From assembly GCA_964621085.1 (NCBI GenBank), contig CAZUKY010000003.1:8290-72289 (forward strand): a stretch of DNA of 64,000 bases, written 5' to 3'. The notes under the pieces are model-generated. The model had not been told where the DNA came from and searched no databases. It saw nothing but the letters and a program-made list of their open reading frames with translations. Below, in pieces: positions 19,606 through 28,672 of this stretch (within the stretch, counting starts at the first letter, position 1; the number at the start of each line of letters is the position of its first letter). The position numbers were made by a program, and so were the translations under genes. Source of the DNA: an uncultured Gammaproteobacteria bacterium. Lineage in GTDB: Bacteria > Patescibacteriota > Patescibacteriia > JACQRZ01.

Positions 19606-20502
19606 ATGCGAAAAACGGAAAATCAATTTGTGCGTATTTTCGAACGGGTAGTAGACGACGTTGCCGAACTGTTCCCGTATCTTTTTCTTTTCTATATTTT
19701 TTCTTTGGTCATCGCCGTTATTTTCCCGACATGGAAACAGTTTTTTTACTGGCCGGGTTTTCATGGCAGCATCGGAGCACTGGGGGGCATTGCGCTGTGC
19801 GGGGAACGGGGACGGCTGTTCTTTCGGGGAGTGTCGGATTCTTTTCATGCGAGTATGCAACACGTCGATGCTGCAGGCCGTACTGCACGCGTGTCTGCGC
19901 AACAGGGAAGGACTGTCGCGCAATCGCTTCTTCGCGTAGGTGTAGGGCGTGCGCATGCAGTGAGCGGCGTGGGGGCGAGTGTGGCGCAATCGCTTCTTCA
20001 TACGATTGGTTGGTATGCCCGAACTGGCGTCGATGCGGTACGTATATCCCTTCAACAGGGTATGCGTATAGTTGCGGAGTATGCGATGAGCAGCGGGCGC
20101 GCAATTCTGGATATTGTTCATCAGTTTATAATCCGGCCGCTTGTTTTGGCAGTGCTTCAGATCCATGCGAAAGCGAAGCGGGCAGACTACGTACGGGCAG
20201 GCGCGATCATTGCCGTGTTAAGTTTTTCACTTACCCAGGGAATCGATGTTGCCAGTTTCGGCTTTTTGGCCTTTGGATTGATTTCAATTCTGTTTCTTCT
20301 GGATAGCCGAGTGTCTGCAGGACTCGCACTTGCGCTTCTTTGTGTCATCCCAGTTCTCCTTCTTTTTGGTCTTGAGGACTATGTCGAAAAGCTTGCCGTG
20401 TATGCCTATTACTCACTCGTCATTACTGTAGGGATAGAAATTGCCGAGTATGTCGTGCGGGGAAGGGACGAAGCGGAGGACACCGGTTTTAAAAGCCTAT
20501 AA
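19606..20502 (+). CDS. hypothetical membrane protein
   Basis: Begins 10 nt after the upstream stop, with several TM helices. The competing minus-strand ORF 19276-20166 is R/H-rich and looks non-coding. Confidence 0.45.
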   Translation: MRKTENQFVRIFERVVDDVAELFPYLFLFYIFSLVIAVIFPTWKQFFYWPGFHGSIGALGGIALCGERGRLFFRGVSDSFHASMQHVDAAGRTARVSAQQGRTVAQSLLRVGVGRAHAVSGVGASVAQSLLHTIGWYARTGVDAVRISLQQGMRIVAEYAMSSGRAILDIVHQFIIRPLVLAVLQIHAKAKRADYVRAGAIIAVLSFSLTQGIDVASFGFLAFGLISILFLLDSRVSAGLALALLCVIPVLLLFGLEDYVEKLAVYAYYSLVITVGIEIAEYVVRGRDEAEDTGFKSL

Positions 20503-20519
20503 TTATCCACAGGAACGTA

Positions 20520-20548
20520 TTGCTGTGGTGTCAAAGTTGGAGTATAAT
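20520..20548 (+). promoter_or_regulatory. sigma70-type promoter candidate (TTGCTG-N17-TATAAT)
   Basis: Hexamers are read directly from the sequence with 17 nt spacing, upstream of the surface-protein gene. Confidence 0.35.
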
Positions 20549-20636
20549 AAATGATAAGCATAATTTAAGCTCGAAAATATTTAAATAGAAGCCTTTTTTA
20601 GGGCTTTTCGTTCGAGTATAAGTATTTAATCTACGT

Positions 20637-22448
20637 ATGGGACACTTGAAAAAGGAGCAGAAGGTCGCACGCGGTATAACAGGCGCGCTCTTGGTCGGAG
20701 CGTTTGCGCTTGTGTTTGGCCAGCCGCTGTTTGCTGAATTTTACCGTATTAATGGTCCCAGCGGCGCAGGCTACGGCTACGGATATGGGTACGGATACGG
20801 TTATGGTTATGATGACGGCGCGAACGGATACAAGACCGATTTTTCTGACTCTGCTGCGGATGTAGATGGCTACGGCTACGGATATTCTGAGTTATTTGCA
20901 AGCACCTACGACTCGACGAACGATAGGTCTACTTTCGCGGGTACGGTCGGATTCCTCTCGCAGCTTGTTTCGGCAGGTATCGTAATTGCACCGGACAGCC
21001 AAACCTATGACAATACGGCGAGTGTCACCTTCAAGAAGGCAACCTATGTGACTGTCGGTGACAATATTACCGTCCAGATCCCAACCAACACGACATTCAC
21101 GGCCTCATCGGCACAAAACTTCTCGAACTTCACCTCATCTTCTGACATCGATACGAGCGGCATTACAAGTGAGACTGCGGTTCGCGAGTTCCAGTTCGGT
21201 CTTGCATCCGCAGGTTTGACAGCAAGCCAGAACGTAACAGTCAGTGTCTCGATGCCAACGGGTTACAACGGCGAGACGGTTAACATCCGCCACAAAACGC
21301 CGGGCGGTTCCTGGGCGGTTCTGACGACTGCGGCGGTGTCGAGCAACATGCTCACCTTTACGACGACGAGCTTCTCTGACTTTGCGGTAACGGCGACGAC
21401 GCCGACCGTGACAACAGGCTCCGCATCGAGTGTTACGACCACGACCGCGACGCTTGGCGGTACGCAGAGCGCGACCGGCAATGCAGTAATCACCGCACGC
21501 GGCTTCCACTACGGTACGACCAACAGCTATGGCTCGACAGTAACGGCGACCGGCACGGCAAACGAAGCATATTCTGCAGCAGTGACTGGCCTGACCTGCG
21601 GCACGACCTACCACTTCCGCGCATTCGCAACGAACGCCCAAGGAACTGCAACCGGCAGTGATACGACCTTCACGACCTCAAGCTGTGGCGGCGCAGTTGT
21701 CGCTGGAGGTGGTGGCAGCAGCAGCAGTAACAACACCTCGACCGGTGATACGCCGGCGTCAAATACCGGTACGACCGGCTCGAAGACAGATTCTGGAAAA
21801 GCGCCAGCAAGCGACGCGAAGGGCTCAGAGACATCAAAGCCGGCACCGGAACTGACAACCAAAGAAATTACCGAATTGGTTTCGGATCTTGCAAATGCAA
21901 ACAAGCTTGTAGAAAAACTCGGCGTCAAGCGCGATGTCAAGAAGGAGAGTGAAGTGGCGACGAAGCTTCTCAATAGCATGAAGGAGTTCAAAGTCGGCAA
22001 TGTTGCTAAAGAAGCAGTCTACGCGATGACAAACTGGCTTACCTATGAAGGTGACGAAGTGCGCAAGAAGCTTGGGGCAGGAGAATCATTCGCTGTTATT
22101 AAGGATGTCTTCGATACAATCGGCAAGGCGAGTATGCGCGCTGCGCTTATGATCGCAAGCGGCCAGATCCCGACCGAGGACAGAAATAAAAAGTACGAAG
22201 AGGAACAAGTTCCGGTCTGTAAGAATGTGTTCAAGAAATATCTGGATTCAGATAAGCCGAACTTCAAGGACGAGGCACAGAACATGGCATGGAATACCTG
22301 CATGTACCGCATCCGTCCCGCAGATCGTGATCTTGTACTTGAGTCAGAGGCAATCGGCGCCTACCGCGTCAAGAACGGCAAATTCCCTTCAACGCCACAG
22401 GACTGGGCAGAAGTGAAGGCGAACGCCTACTACTTCAAGAAGTTCTAA
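20637..22448 (+). CDS. secreted cell-surface protein with (GY)7 repeat, fibronectin-III-like domain and S/T/G-rich linker
   Basis: Signal peptide (ITGALLVGAFALVFGQPLFA). GYGYGYGYGYGYGY is encoded by a codon microsatellite. A second GYGYGY follows. The FN3-like block reads Y.FRAFATNAQG. A long low-complexity T/S/G stretch precedes an alpha-helical C-terminal domain. Confidence 0.75.
   Translation: MGHLKKEQKVARGITGALLVGAFALVFGQPLFAEFYRINGPSGAGYGYGYGYGYGYGYDDGANGYKTDFSDSAADVDGYGYGYSELFASTYDSTNDRSTFAGTVGFLSQLVSAGIVIAPDSQTYDNTASVTFKKATYVTVGDNITVQIPTNTTFTASSAQNFSNFTSSSDIDTSGITSETAVREFQFGLASAGLTASQNVTVSVSMPTGYNGETVNIRHKTPGGSWAVLTTAAVSSNMLTFTTTSFSDFAVTATTPTVTTGSASSVTTTTATLGGTQSATGNAVITARGFHYGTTNSYGSTVTATGTANEAYSAAVTGLTCGTTYHFRAFATNAQGTATGSDTTFTTSSCGGAVVAGGGGSSSSNNTSTGDTPASNTGTTGSKTDSGKAPASDAKGSETSKPAPELTTKEITELVSDLANANKLVEKLGVKRDVKKESEVATKLLNSMKEFKVGNVAKEAVYAMTNWLTYEGDEVRKKLGAGESFAVIKDVFDTIGKASMRAALMIASGQIPTEDRNKKYEEEQVPVCKNVFKKYLDSDKPNFKDEAQNMAWNTCMYRIRPADRDLVLESEAIGAYRVKNGKFPSTPQDWAEVKANAYYFKKF
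20769..20810 (+). repeat. GGY TAY codon microsatellite (7 GY units)
   Basis: ggctacggctacggatatgggtacggatacggttatggttat, in frame with the surface-protein CDS. Confidence 0.9.
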
Positions 22449-22470
22449 GAAGCGAGTTGCAGAATACGCA

Positions 22471-22505
22471 AAAGATCCCTCTTCCCGAGGGATCTTTTCT
22501 TTTTC
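22471..22505 (+). terminator. rho-independent terminator
   Basis: aaagatccctc-ttcc-gagggatcttt hairpin followed by a T-run, just after the surface-protein stop. Confidence 0.7.
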
Positions 22506-22557
22506 TCCCGTCTCATTTATACTAGGGGCAAGCTTTATTTGTTAACGAATCACCTCT

Positions 22558-22788
22558 ATGCCGAAAGTGACGATCTACACCACGCCGACCTGCGGATACT
22601 GCAAGCTGGCAAAGGCCTATTTCAATGAGCACAATGTCGCCTATGAGGAAAAGGACGTGACGGTCGATATGGCGGCCCGGGACTTCCTTGTGCAGAACAA
22701 CCAATCCGGCGTGCCGGTCATTACGGTCGATGACCAGATGGTTGTCGGATTTGACAAGGAGCGCCTCTCACAGCTGCTCGGCATCTAA
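22558..22788 (+). CDS. nrdH: NrdH/glutaredoxin-like redoxin
   Basis: 76 aa with a CGYC redox motif (TPTCGYCK) and a thioredoxin fold. Confidence 0.8.
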   Translation: MPKVTIYTTPTCGYCKLAKAYFNEHNVAYEEKDVTVDMAARDFLVQNNQSGVPVITVDDQMVVGFDKERLSQLLGI

Positions 22789-22813
22789 ATCATTTTTTAA
22801 CTCAATTACACAT

Positions 22814-22966
22814 ATGGAAGAGACCAAACAGGCATGCTGCCACGATGAGCAAGAGACCTGCGCCTGCGAGTCGGGCGAGGGATGCGGAAACTGCGAGTCG
22901 GGTTGCTGCGCCGAGGACACCGCCTGCGCGATTGACGAGGCGGTAGAGTCGAGACAGGCAGAGTAA
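22814..22966 (+). CDS. small acidic cysteine-rich protein (10 Cys in 50 aa)
   Basis: MEETKQACCHDEQETCACESGEGCGNCESGCCAEDTACAIDEAVESRQAE. Its stop lies 2 nt before the trxB ATG. Coding status is unverified. Confidence 0.4.
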   Translation: MEETKQACCHDEQETCACESGEGCGNCESGCCAEDTACAIDEAVESRQAE

Positions 22967-22968
22967 CT

Positions 22969-23949
22969 ATGGGCTACGATTGCATAATCGTCGGCACCGG
23001 AGCGGCGGGCTTGTCCGCCGCTATTTATGCCGGGCGATACCGCATGAAGGCGGTCGCGTTTGGCGACCAGTTCGGCGGATTGAACAGCACGGCCGGCGAC
23101 ATTCAGAACTACCCCGGCTATGTCAGCATTGACGGGTTTGACCTGGTCATGAACATGAAGGAGCAGGCGATCGTTTCCGGCGCCGAGGTTCGCGACGGGC
23201 GCATTGCGCGGATCGAGAAAACGGACGACGGTTGCTTCCGCGTCGAGACAGAAAAGGGGGAGGAGCACTTCGCCCCGACTATTATTATTGCGACCGGCAG
23301 CGCTCACCGTCATCTCGGGCTGCCCCATGAGAAGGAGTGGACCGGCAGGGGGGTGCACTACTGCGCCACCTGCGATGCGCCGCTGTATGCCGGCAAGACG
23401 ATTGCAATCGTAGGCGGGGGAGACGGTGCGATCAAGGGCGCCGCGTTGGCTGCTGAGTATGCGGAAAAGCTTTTTATTCTCGTGCGCGGCCCCAAGCTTC
23501 GCGCCGAGCCGGTCAATGTGGAGCACCTGATGAAGTTCAAGGACAAGGTCGATATTCTGTACGAGACCGAGGTTGTCGAACTGCTTGGAACAGACCGCTT
23601 GGAAGGCGTGCGCCTCTCGCGGCCGTATAAAGAATCCGCGGATCTGGCGCTCGATGGGCTTTTTATCGAGATCGGGCAGGAGCCGCAGGTCGGGTTGGCC
23701 GAACAGCTCGGCATCTCACTGGACGCAAACCGCTACGTGAACACAAACCCCTCTCTGGCAACCAACGTCCCGGGTGCGTTTGTCGCTGGCGATGTCTCAA
23801 ACTTGTTCGGCGCCTTCCGCCAGGACATCACGGTTGCTGCCATGGGCGCCGTTGCCGCGACTAGCGCATATACCTATCTCAAAACGCATGGAGACCTGTG
23901 CCGCAAGCACTGGGTACCGCCGCAAAACAGCGTCGAGCAACCCGCGTAA
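22969..23949 (+). CDS. trxB: thioredoxin-disulfide reductase
   Basis: FAD motif IVGTGAAG, redox-active CATCD and NADPH motif GGGDGA. Confidence 0.9.
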   Translation: MGYDCIIVGTGAAGLSAAIYAGRYRMKAVAFGDQFGGLNSTAGDIQNYPGYVSIDGFDLVMNMKEQAIVSGAEVRDGRIARIEKTDDGCFRVETEKGEEHFAPTIIIATGSAHRHLGLPHEKEWTGRGVHYCATCDAPLYAGKTIAIVGGGDGAIKGAALAAEYAEKLFILVRGPKLRAEPVNVEHLMKFKDKVDILYETEVVELLGTDRLEGVRLSRPYKESADLALDGLFIEIGQEPQVGLAEQLGISLDANRYVNTNPSLATNVPGAFVAGDVSNLFGAFRQDITVAAMGAVAATSAYTYLKTHGDLCRKHWVPPQNSVEQPA

Positions 23950-23990
23950 GAGTCCGCGGTACACGCACTGACCGATACAATTCTCGAAAG

Positions 23991-24033
23991 AAAAGAGCCT
24001 GTGGAAAGCACTCACGCCGCAGGCTCTTTTTTT
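23991..24033 (+). terminator. rho-independent terminator after trxB
   Basis: aaagagcctg ... caggctcttt hairpin followed by TTTTTT. Confidence 0.7.
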
Positions 24034-24229
24034 CCTAAAATAGAGAGATTTTCTCTGCTTTACACCCGCCCTCATTATTGATAAGATTTGGGGGCGAAAG
24101 AATGCTGATCGGCGCGCTCCGGAGCTCGCAGAGGCGACGAGGGGCATGTCAGCCTTTCCCCATGCTTGAACGGATCATGATGCCAATACCACCAGATCCG
24201 TTTTCCTGTCTTTAGGCAAAGCAAAAAAG

Positions 24230-24267
24230 CAGGGGAAGTGTCCGCGAACCCCCTGTTTTTTCTTTTT
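24230..24267 (+). promoter_or_regulatory. terminator-type hairpin in the nrdA 5' leader (candidate attenuator or end of a small RNA)
   Basis: cagggg-aagtgtccgcgaa-cccctg followed by TTTTTTCTTTTTT, 35 nt upstream of the nrdA ATG. It is the second plus-strand terminator within 270 nt. Confidence 0.5.
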
Positions 24268-24301
24268 TGTCTGTTCTCTTATCCATAACGCCCTCACCCC
24301 T

Positions 24302-27280
24302 ATGGCGATCGTGAAAATCAGAAAACGTAATGGCGCTGTCGTCGATTTTGACCGGACGCGGATCGAGACGGCCGTCGCAAAGGCATTCGGCGCGGCGGGC
24401 GTTCCCGTTGACCGGCAGTTTTTTACCGATATCGCAAACGACGCCATTACGCTTTTGACCGAACGGTTTGCCGACGAGCGCGTGCCCAGCGTCGAGGACG
24501 TGCAGGATGTTGTCGAGCGCATGATCGCAGAACGGGGGTATTTCACGGTCGCGCGCGCGTATATCATCTATCGCTACGAGCACCAGAAGGTGCGCGAGAA
24601 GAAAAAGGAGGAGTTCATCGAAAAGATCGAAAAGAATGCGCTCTTTGTCGTGAAGCGGTCGGGCGAGCGCGAACGCTTCTCGCTCGAGAAGGTAAAGACG
24701 TGCGTGACGCGCTTTGCCAAGGGGTTTGAGTCGGTCGCGAGCGTTGATGCGATCGCCCTGCAGTGCCGCAACGACCTGTATGACGGCATCGCGACGAAGG
24801 ATATTTTCCGCGCCCTGATCATGACGACGCGCGCACTTATCGAGTCTGATCCGGTGTACTCGACGATCGCCGCCCGCATGCTGTTCCACTCGCTCTACCG
24901 CGAGGCGATCGGGGAGAGTCGGTTTGACGCAAGCAAACTCGATGAGCAGTACCGTGAGGCGTTTGTGCGGAATATCAAAAAAGGCGTGGAGATCGGGCGG
25001 CTGGACCCGCGCATGCTGACGTATGACCTGGACGTTCTCGCCAATTTCTTAGTGCCCTCGCGCGATGATCTTTTCAAGTACCTCGGTGCGCAGGTGCTTT
25101 ACGATCGGTACTTCCTTCATGACCCCTTTGATAACAATCGCGTGCTCGAGACGCCGCAGGCGTTTTGGATGCGCGTTGCCATGGGCCTTGCGCTGCGCGA
25201 GGAGAAAAAGACCGAATACGTGCAGAAGTTTTACGACATCATGTCCACCTTGCGGTACGTCCCCTCGACGCCGACGCTTTTTCACGCCGGCGCTGCGACC
25301 CCGCAGCTCTCCTCCTGCTACCTCAACACTGTCGGCGACTCACTGGACCACATCTTTAAGGTTGTCGCGGATAACGCGCAGATGTCCAAGTGGTCGGGCG
25401 GCATCGGGACGGACTGGACCAATGTGCGCGCGACCGGTTCGTTGATCAAGGGCATCGGCGTTGAGAGTCAGGGCGTTATTCCGTTTTTGAAGGTTGCCAA
25501 TGACACGACTCACGCGATCAATCGCAGCGGGCGCCGTCGGGGCGCTGCGTGCGTCTATCTGGAGACCTGGCACTATGACATCGAGGATTTCTTGGAGTTG
25601 CGCAAAAACACCGGAGACGAACGCCGCCGCACCCACGACATGAATACAGCCAACTGGATCCCTGATCTTTTCATGAAGCGCGTCCGCGATGACGGGGAAT
25701 GGACGCTGTTCTCGCCCCACGAGGTCCCTGACCTGCACCACATCTACGGCCGCCGCTTTGAAGAGCGCTACGAGCAGTACGAGCGCCTGGCAAAAGAGGG
25801 GAAGATCGCCATGACAAAGACCATGAAGGCGCGCGACTTGTGGAAGAAGATGCTCTCCATGCTCTTTGAGACCGGCCATCCGTGGATCACGTTCAAGGAC
25901 CCGTCCAACATCCGCTCTCCGCAGGACCATGTCGGCGTCGTGCACAACTCGAATCTTTGCACAGAGATTACGCTCAACAACTCCGAGGAGGAAACGGCGG
26001 TCTGCAATCTCGGCTCGGTCAACCTTGGGCGCCATATGAAGGAGGGTCGCCTGAACGAGGACCTGATCCGCGAGACGGTCACCATCGCCATGCGCATGCT
26101 GGACAATGTCATCGACCTGAATTTTTATCCGACGCGCGAAGGCAAGACGTCCAATCTGCGGCACCGCCCGGTGGGTTTGGGCATCATGGGATTCCAGGAC
26201 GCGCTTTACATGATGGACCTGCCGTTTGAGAGCGAGGAGACCGTGCGGTTTGCCGACGAGAGTATGGAGATGATCTCGTACTACGCGATTCTCGCCTCGA
26301 CAAAGCTTTCCGAGGAGCGCGGCGCCTACCCGACGTTTCCGGGCTCGAAATGGGATCGGGGCATCCTGCCGCTTGATACGCTCGACGTTCTCGAGGCCGA
26401 GCGCGGGGAAAAGGTTGATCTCCCGCGGAATGCCCGCATGGACTGGAATGCCGTGCGATCCGCGATCAAGCAGCACGGCATGCGCAACTCGAACTGTCTT
26501 GCCATGGCGCCGACCGCCACCATCGGAAACATTTCCGGCGCCATTCCGACTATCGAGCCGATCTACAAAAACATCTACGTGAAGTCGAACATGAGCGGCG
26601 ACTTTATCGTCATCAACCCGTATCTGGTGGAAGATTTGAAGAAGCTGAATATGTGGAACCCGGAGATGGCCGGAAAGATCAAGTATCATGACGGAAGCAT
26701 TGCCGATATCCCGGAAATTCCTGAAAACCTCAAGAACAAGTACAAGGAAGTTTTCGAGATCGATCCGGTCCACATGGTCAAAGTTGCGGCGTATCGCGGC
26801 AAGTGGATCGATCAGAGCCAGTCGTTCAATATCTTCTTCCGCGGAACGTCCGGCAAGCTGCTGCAAGATGTCTACTTCGCCGCATGGTCGCTTGGCTTGA
26901 AGACGACGTATTACCTGCGCACCCTGGCCGCGTCCCAGGTGGAGAAGTCGACCGTGAATACCACCGAGTTTGGCGCGACGCATACGCGGAAGGTCTCGGC
27001 GGGTGTGACTTCACAGAAAATAGAGCGCGCCGAACAGATAGAGACGGTCGTGGCCGTCGAAGAGGTCGAGATGCGTGCTGCCGCAGCAGCGGCGCAAGAG
27101 GCGATTGGGAACGTGAGTGCCGATAGTCGCCGTGTCGCTTCTGTTGGCGCTGCAGCCGCACCGGCTGTTGCGGATCAGCGGAGTGAGGCCTCAAGCGCCA
27201 CGCCAGCCGCGCGTGCTGCCGCGTCGGCGGCGCTGAAGCTGTGCAAGATCGACGATCCGAGTTGCGAAAGCTGCGAATAA
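24302..27280 (+). CDS. nrdA: ribonucleoside-diphosphate reductase class I alpha subunit
   Basis: N-terminal ATP-cone (VKIRKRNGAVVDFDRTRIETAV), catalytic NLCTEI and SCYLN motifs, and the YY radical-transfer pair (TTYYLRT). A long A-rich linker ends in a CxxC tail (CKIDDPSCESCE). Confidence 0.9.
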   Translation: MAIVKIRKRNGAVVDFDRTRIETAVAKAFGAAGVPVDRQFFTDIANDAITLLTERFADERVPSVEDVQDVVERMIAERGYFTVARAYIIYRYEHQKVREKKKEEFIEKIEKNALFVVKRSGERERFSLEKVKTCVTRFAKGFESVASVDAIALQCRNDLYDGIATKDIFRALIMTTRALIESDPVYSTIAARMLFHSLYREAIGESRFDASKLDEQYREAFVRNIKKGVEIGRLDPRMLTYDLDVLANFLVPSRDDLFKYLGAQVLYDRYFLHDPFDNNRVLETPQAFWMRVAMGLALREEKKTEYVQKFYDIMSTLRYVPSTPTLFHAGAATPQLSSCYLNTVGDSLDHIFKVVADNAQMSKWSGGIGTDWTNVRATGSLIKGIGVESQGVIPFLKVANDTTHAINRSGRRRGAACVYLETWHYDIEDFLELRKNTGDERRRTHDMNTANWIPDLFMKRVRDDGEWTLFSPHEVPDLHHIYGRRFEERYEQYERLAKEGKIAMTKTMKARDLWKKMLSMLFETGHPWITFKDPSNIRSPQDHVGVVHNSNLCTEITLNNSEEETAVCNLGSVNLGRHMKEGRLNEDLIRETVTIAMRMLDNVIDLNFYPTREGKTSNLRHRPVGLGIMGFQDALYMMDLPFESEETVRFADESMEMISYYAILASTKLSEERGAYPTFPGSKWDRGILPLDTLDVLEAERGEKVDLPRNARMDWNAVRSAIKQHGMRNSNCLAMAPTATIGNISGAIPTIEPIYKNIYVKSNMSGDFIVINPYLVEDLKKLNMWNPEMAGKIKYHDGSIADIPEIPENLKNKYKEVFEIDPVHMVKVAAYRGKWIDQSQSFNIFFRGTSGKLLQDVYFAAWSLGLKTTYYLRTLAASQVEKSTVNTTEFGATHTRKVSAGVTSQKIERAEQIETVVAVEEVEMRAAAAAAQEAIGNVSADSRRVASVGAAAAPAVADQRSEASSATPAARAAASAALKLCKIDDPSCESCE

Positions 27281-27289
27281 ATGAGTTCC

Positions 27290-27345
27290 GAGCCATTAGC
27301 TATGAGTCGCTAGCCATTAGCTAAGGGCTAAAAGCTAAAGGCTAA
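27290..27345 (+). repeat. short direct repeats in the nrdA-nrdB spacer
   Basis: gccattagcta occurs twice; gctaaaagctaaaggctaaaa is a 3-fold gctaaa-type repeat. Confidence 0.6.
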
Positions 27346-27355
27346 AAACTATCCT

Positions 27356-28390
27356 ATGCCCATCCAAAAGACACATGAACGCGTGAACATCAACAACCGC
27401 CGCATCATCAATGGCGCCGATGCGGACGTTATTCAGCTCTATCCGATGAAGCACAGCTTTGCCTGGACCGCCTACAACGTCGGGAACGCGAACCACTGGC
27501 TGCCGACCGAGATCACGATGCAAAACGACATCGAGCAATGGAAGTCGCCGGCCTTTCTGACCGACGACGAACGCCATGCCTTCAAGACGGTCCTCGGATT
27601 TTTCACGACCGCCGACTCGATCGCCGCGAACAATATCGTCATTGCGCTCTACCGCCACATCACCTCGCCGGAGTGCCGCATGTACCTGCTGCGCCAGGGA
27701 TACGAAGAGGCGATCCATACGCACGCGTACCAGTACATCGTCGAAAGTCTCGGTTTGGACGAGGGGGAGATTTTTAACATGTACCGTGAGGTTGAGGCGA
27801 TTTACAAAAAGGAAGAGTTTGTCTTGAGCTTTAATGAAGGTATCTTCAATCCGGACTTTAAGACGGGTACTCTTCAGGCAGATCAAAAGTTTCTGGAAAA
27901 CATGATCGTATTCTCGATTATCATGGAGGGCATTTTCTTTTATAGCTCGTTCGCCGTGATGTTCGGGTTCCAGCGCCAGAACAAGATGATCGGGTCTGCC
28001 GAGCAGATTCAGTACATCATGCGCGACGAGAGCCAGCATCTGAACTTTGGTATTAACATGATCAACACTATCAAGGAGGAGCAGCCCGAGCTCTGGACGC
28101 CGGAGTTTCAGGAGCGCATGGTGAAGCTGATCCGAACAGGCACCGAGCTGGAGTACACCTATGCGCAAAGCGTCTTCCCGAACGGCATTTTCGGCATGAA
28201 CGCTGACGGCTTCCGCCAGTACATCGAGTACATCGCCGATCGCCGCCTCGTGCGCATCGGACTGCCGCAGCAGTACGGGAGTACGAACCCCTTTCCCTGG
28301 ATGTCCGAGGCGATCGATCTGAACAAGGAAAAGAACTTTTTCGAGACCCGCGTTACCGAGTACTCGGTCGGCGGCACGCTGGATTGGTAA
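27356..28390 (+). CDS. nrdB: ribonucleoside-diphosphate reductase class I beta subunit (ferritin-like di-iron/tyrosyl radical)
   Basis: EEAIHTHAY and FSIIMEGIFFYSSFA motifs on the ferritin-like R2 fold. Confidence 0.88.
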   Translation: MPIQKTHERVNINNRRIINGADADVIQLYPMKHSFAWTAYNVGNANHWLPTEITMQNDIEQWKSPAFLTDDERHAFKTVLGFFTTADSIAANNIVIALYRHITSPECRMYLLRQGYEEAIHTHAYQYIVESLGLDEGEIFNMYREVEAIYKKEEFVLSFNEGIFNPDFKTGTLQADQKFLENMIVFSIIMEGIFFYSSFAVMFGFQRQNKMIGSAEQIQYIMRDESQHLNFGINMINTIKEEQPELWTPEFQERMVKLIRTGTELEYTYAQSVFPNGIFGMNADGFRQYIEYIADRRLVRIGLPQQYGSTNPFPWMSEAIDLNKEKNFFETRVTEYSVGGTLDW

Positions 28391-28408
28391 GAATAGCATT
28401 ATATGAAC

Positions 28409-28436
28409 AAAACCCGCTGAACCGGCGGGTTTTGAC
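28409..28436 (+). terminator. rho-independent terminator after nrdB
   Basis: aaacccgc-tgaacc-ggcgggttt hairpin followed by a T-run. Confidence 0.65.
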
Positions 28437-28482
28437 GTTTCTGATCAGTGTGTTTAAATGTCCTCGAAGGAGGAACAGTCAT

Positions 28483-28672
28483 GCTCACTGAAAAGGAACG
28501 AGAGAAAGCAGAGCAACTTCTTGACGGGCTGCCTGAGAAGGATCGTGTCGAATTCCCAGCCGTTCCGCAGGACCTGTTCAATGAGTTCATGCTACGGTTT
28601 CGGAACGCGCGCCACACGTTTGACGGCGATCCACACTCTCGTCGCTCATTGTATGCCGACATCTTCAAGTAG
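28483..28672 (+). CDS. small hypothetical protein
   Basis: A GGAGG Shine-Dalgarno sits 6 nt upstream of the ATG. 63 aa, no recognisable domain. Confidence 0.3.

Noticed and set aside
19276-20166. 296-aa minus-strand ORF opposite the hypothetical membrane protein
   Set aside because: The translation is Arg/His/Cys-rich with no hydrophobic core or motifs. The plus-strand ORF begins 10 nt after the upstream stop and has coherent TM helices.
23950-24301. Cobalamin riboswitch or NrdR box upstream of the RNR genes
   Set aside because: No B12-box (GCCACTG-like) and no 16-bp NrdR palindromes were found. The RNR is class I (NrdAB), not the B12-dependent NrdJ. The leader is retained only as an unclassified attenuator candidate.
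25340-26983. 547-aa minus-strand ORF inside nrdA
   Set aside because: Shadow ORF in GC-rich coding DNA, with an R/A/L/G-rich translation. nrdA on the plus strand carries all catalytic motifs.
27335-28399. 354-aa minus-strand ORF inside nrdB
   Set aside because: Antisense shadow of a well-supported NrdB.
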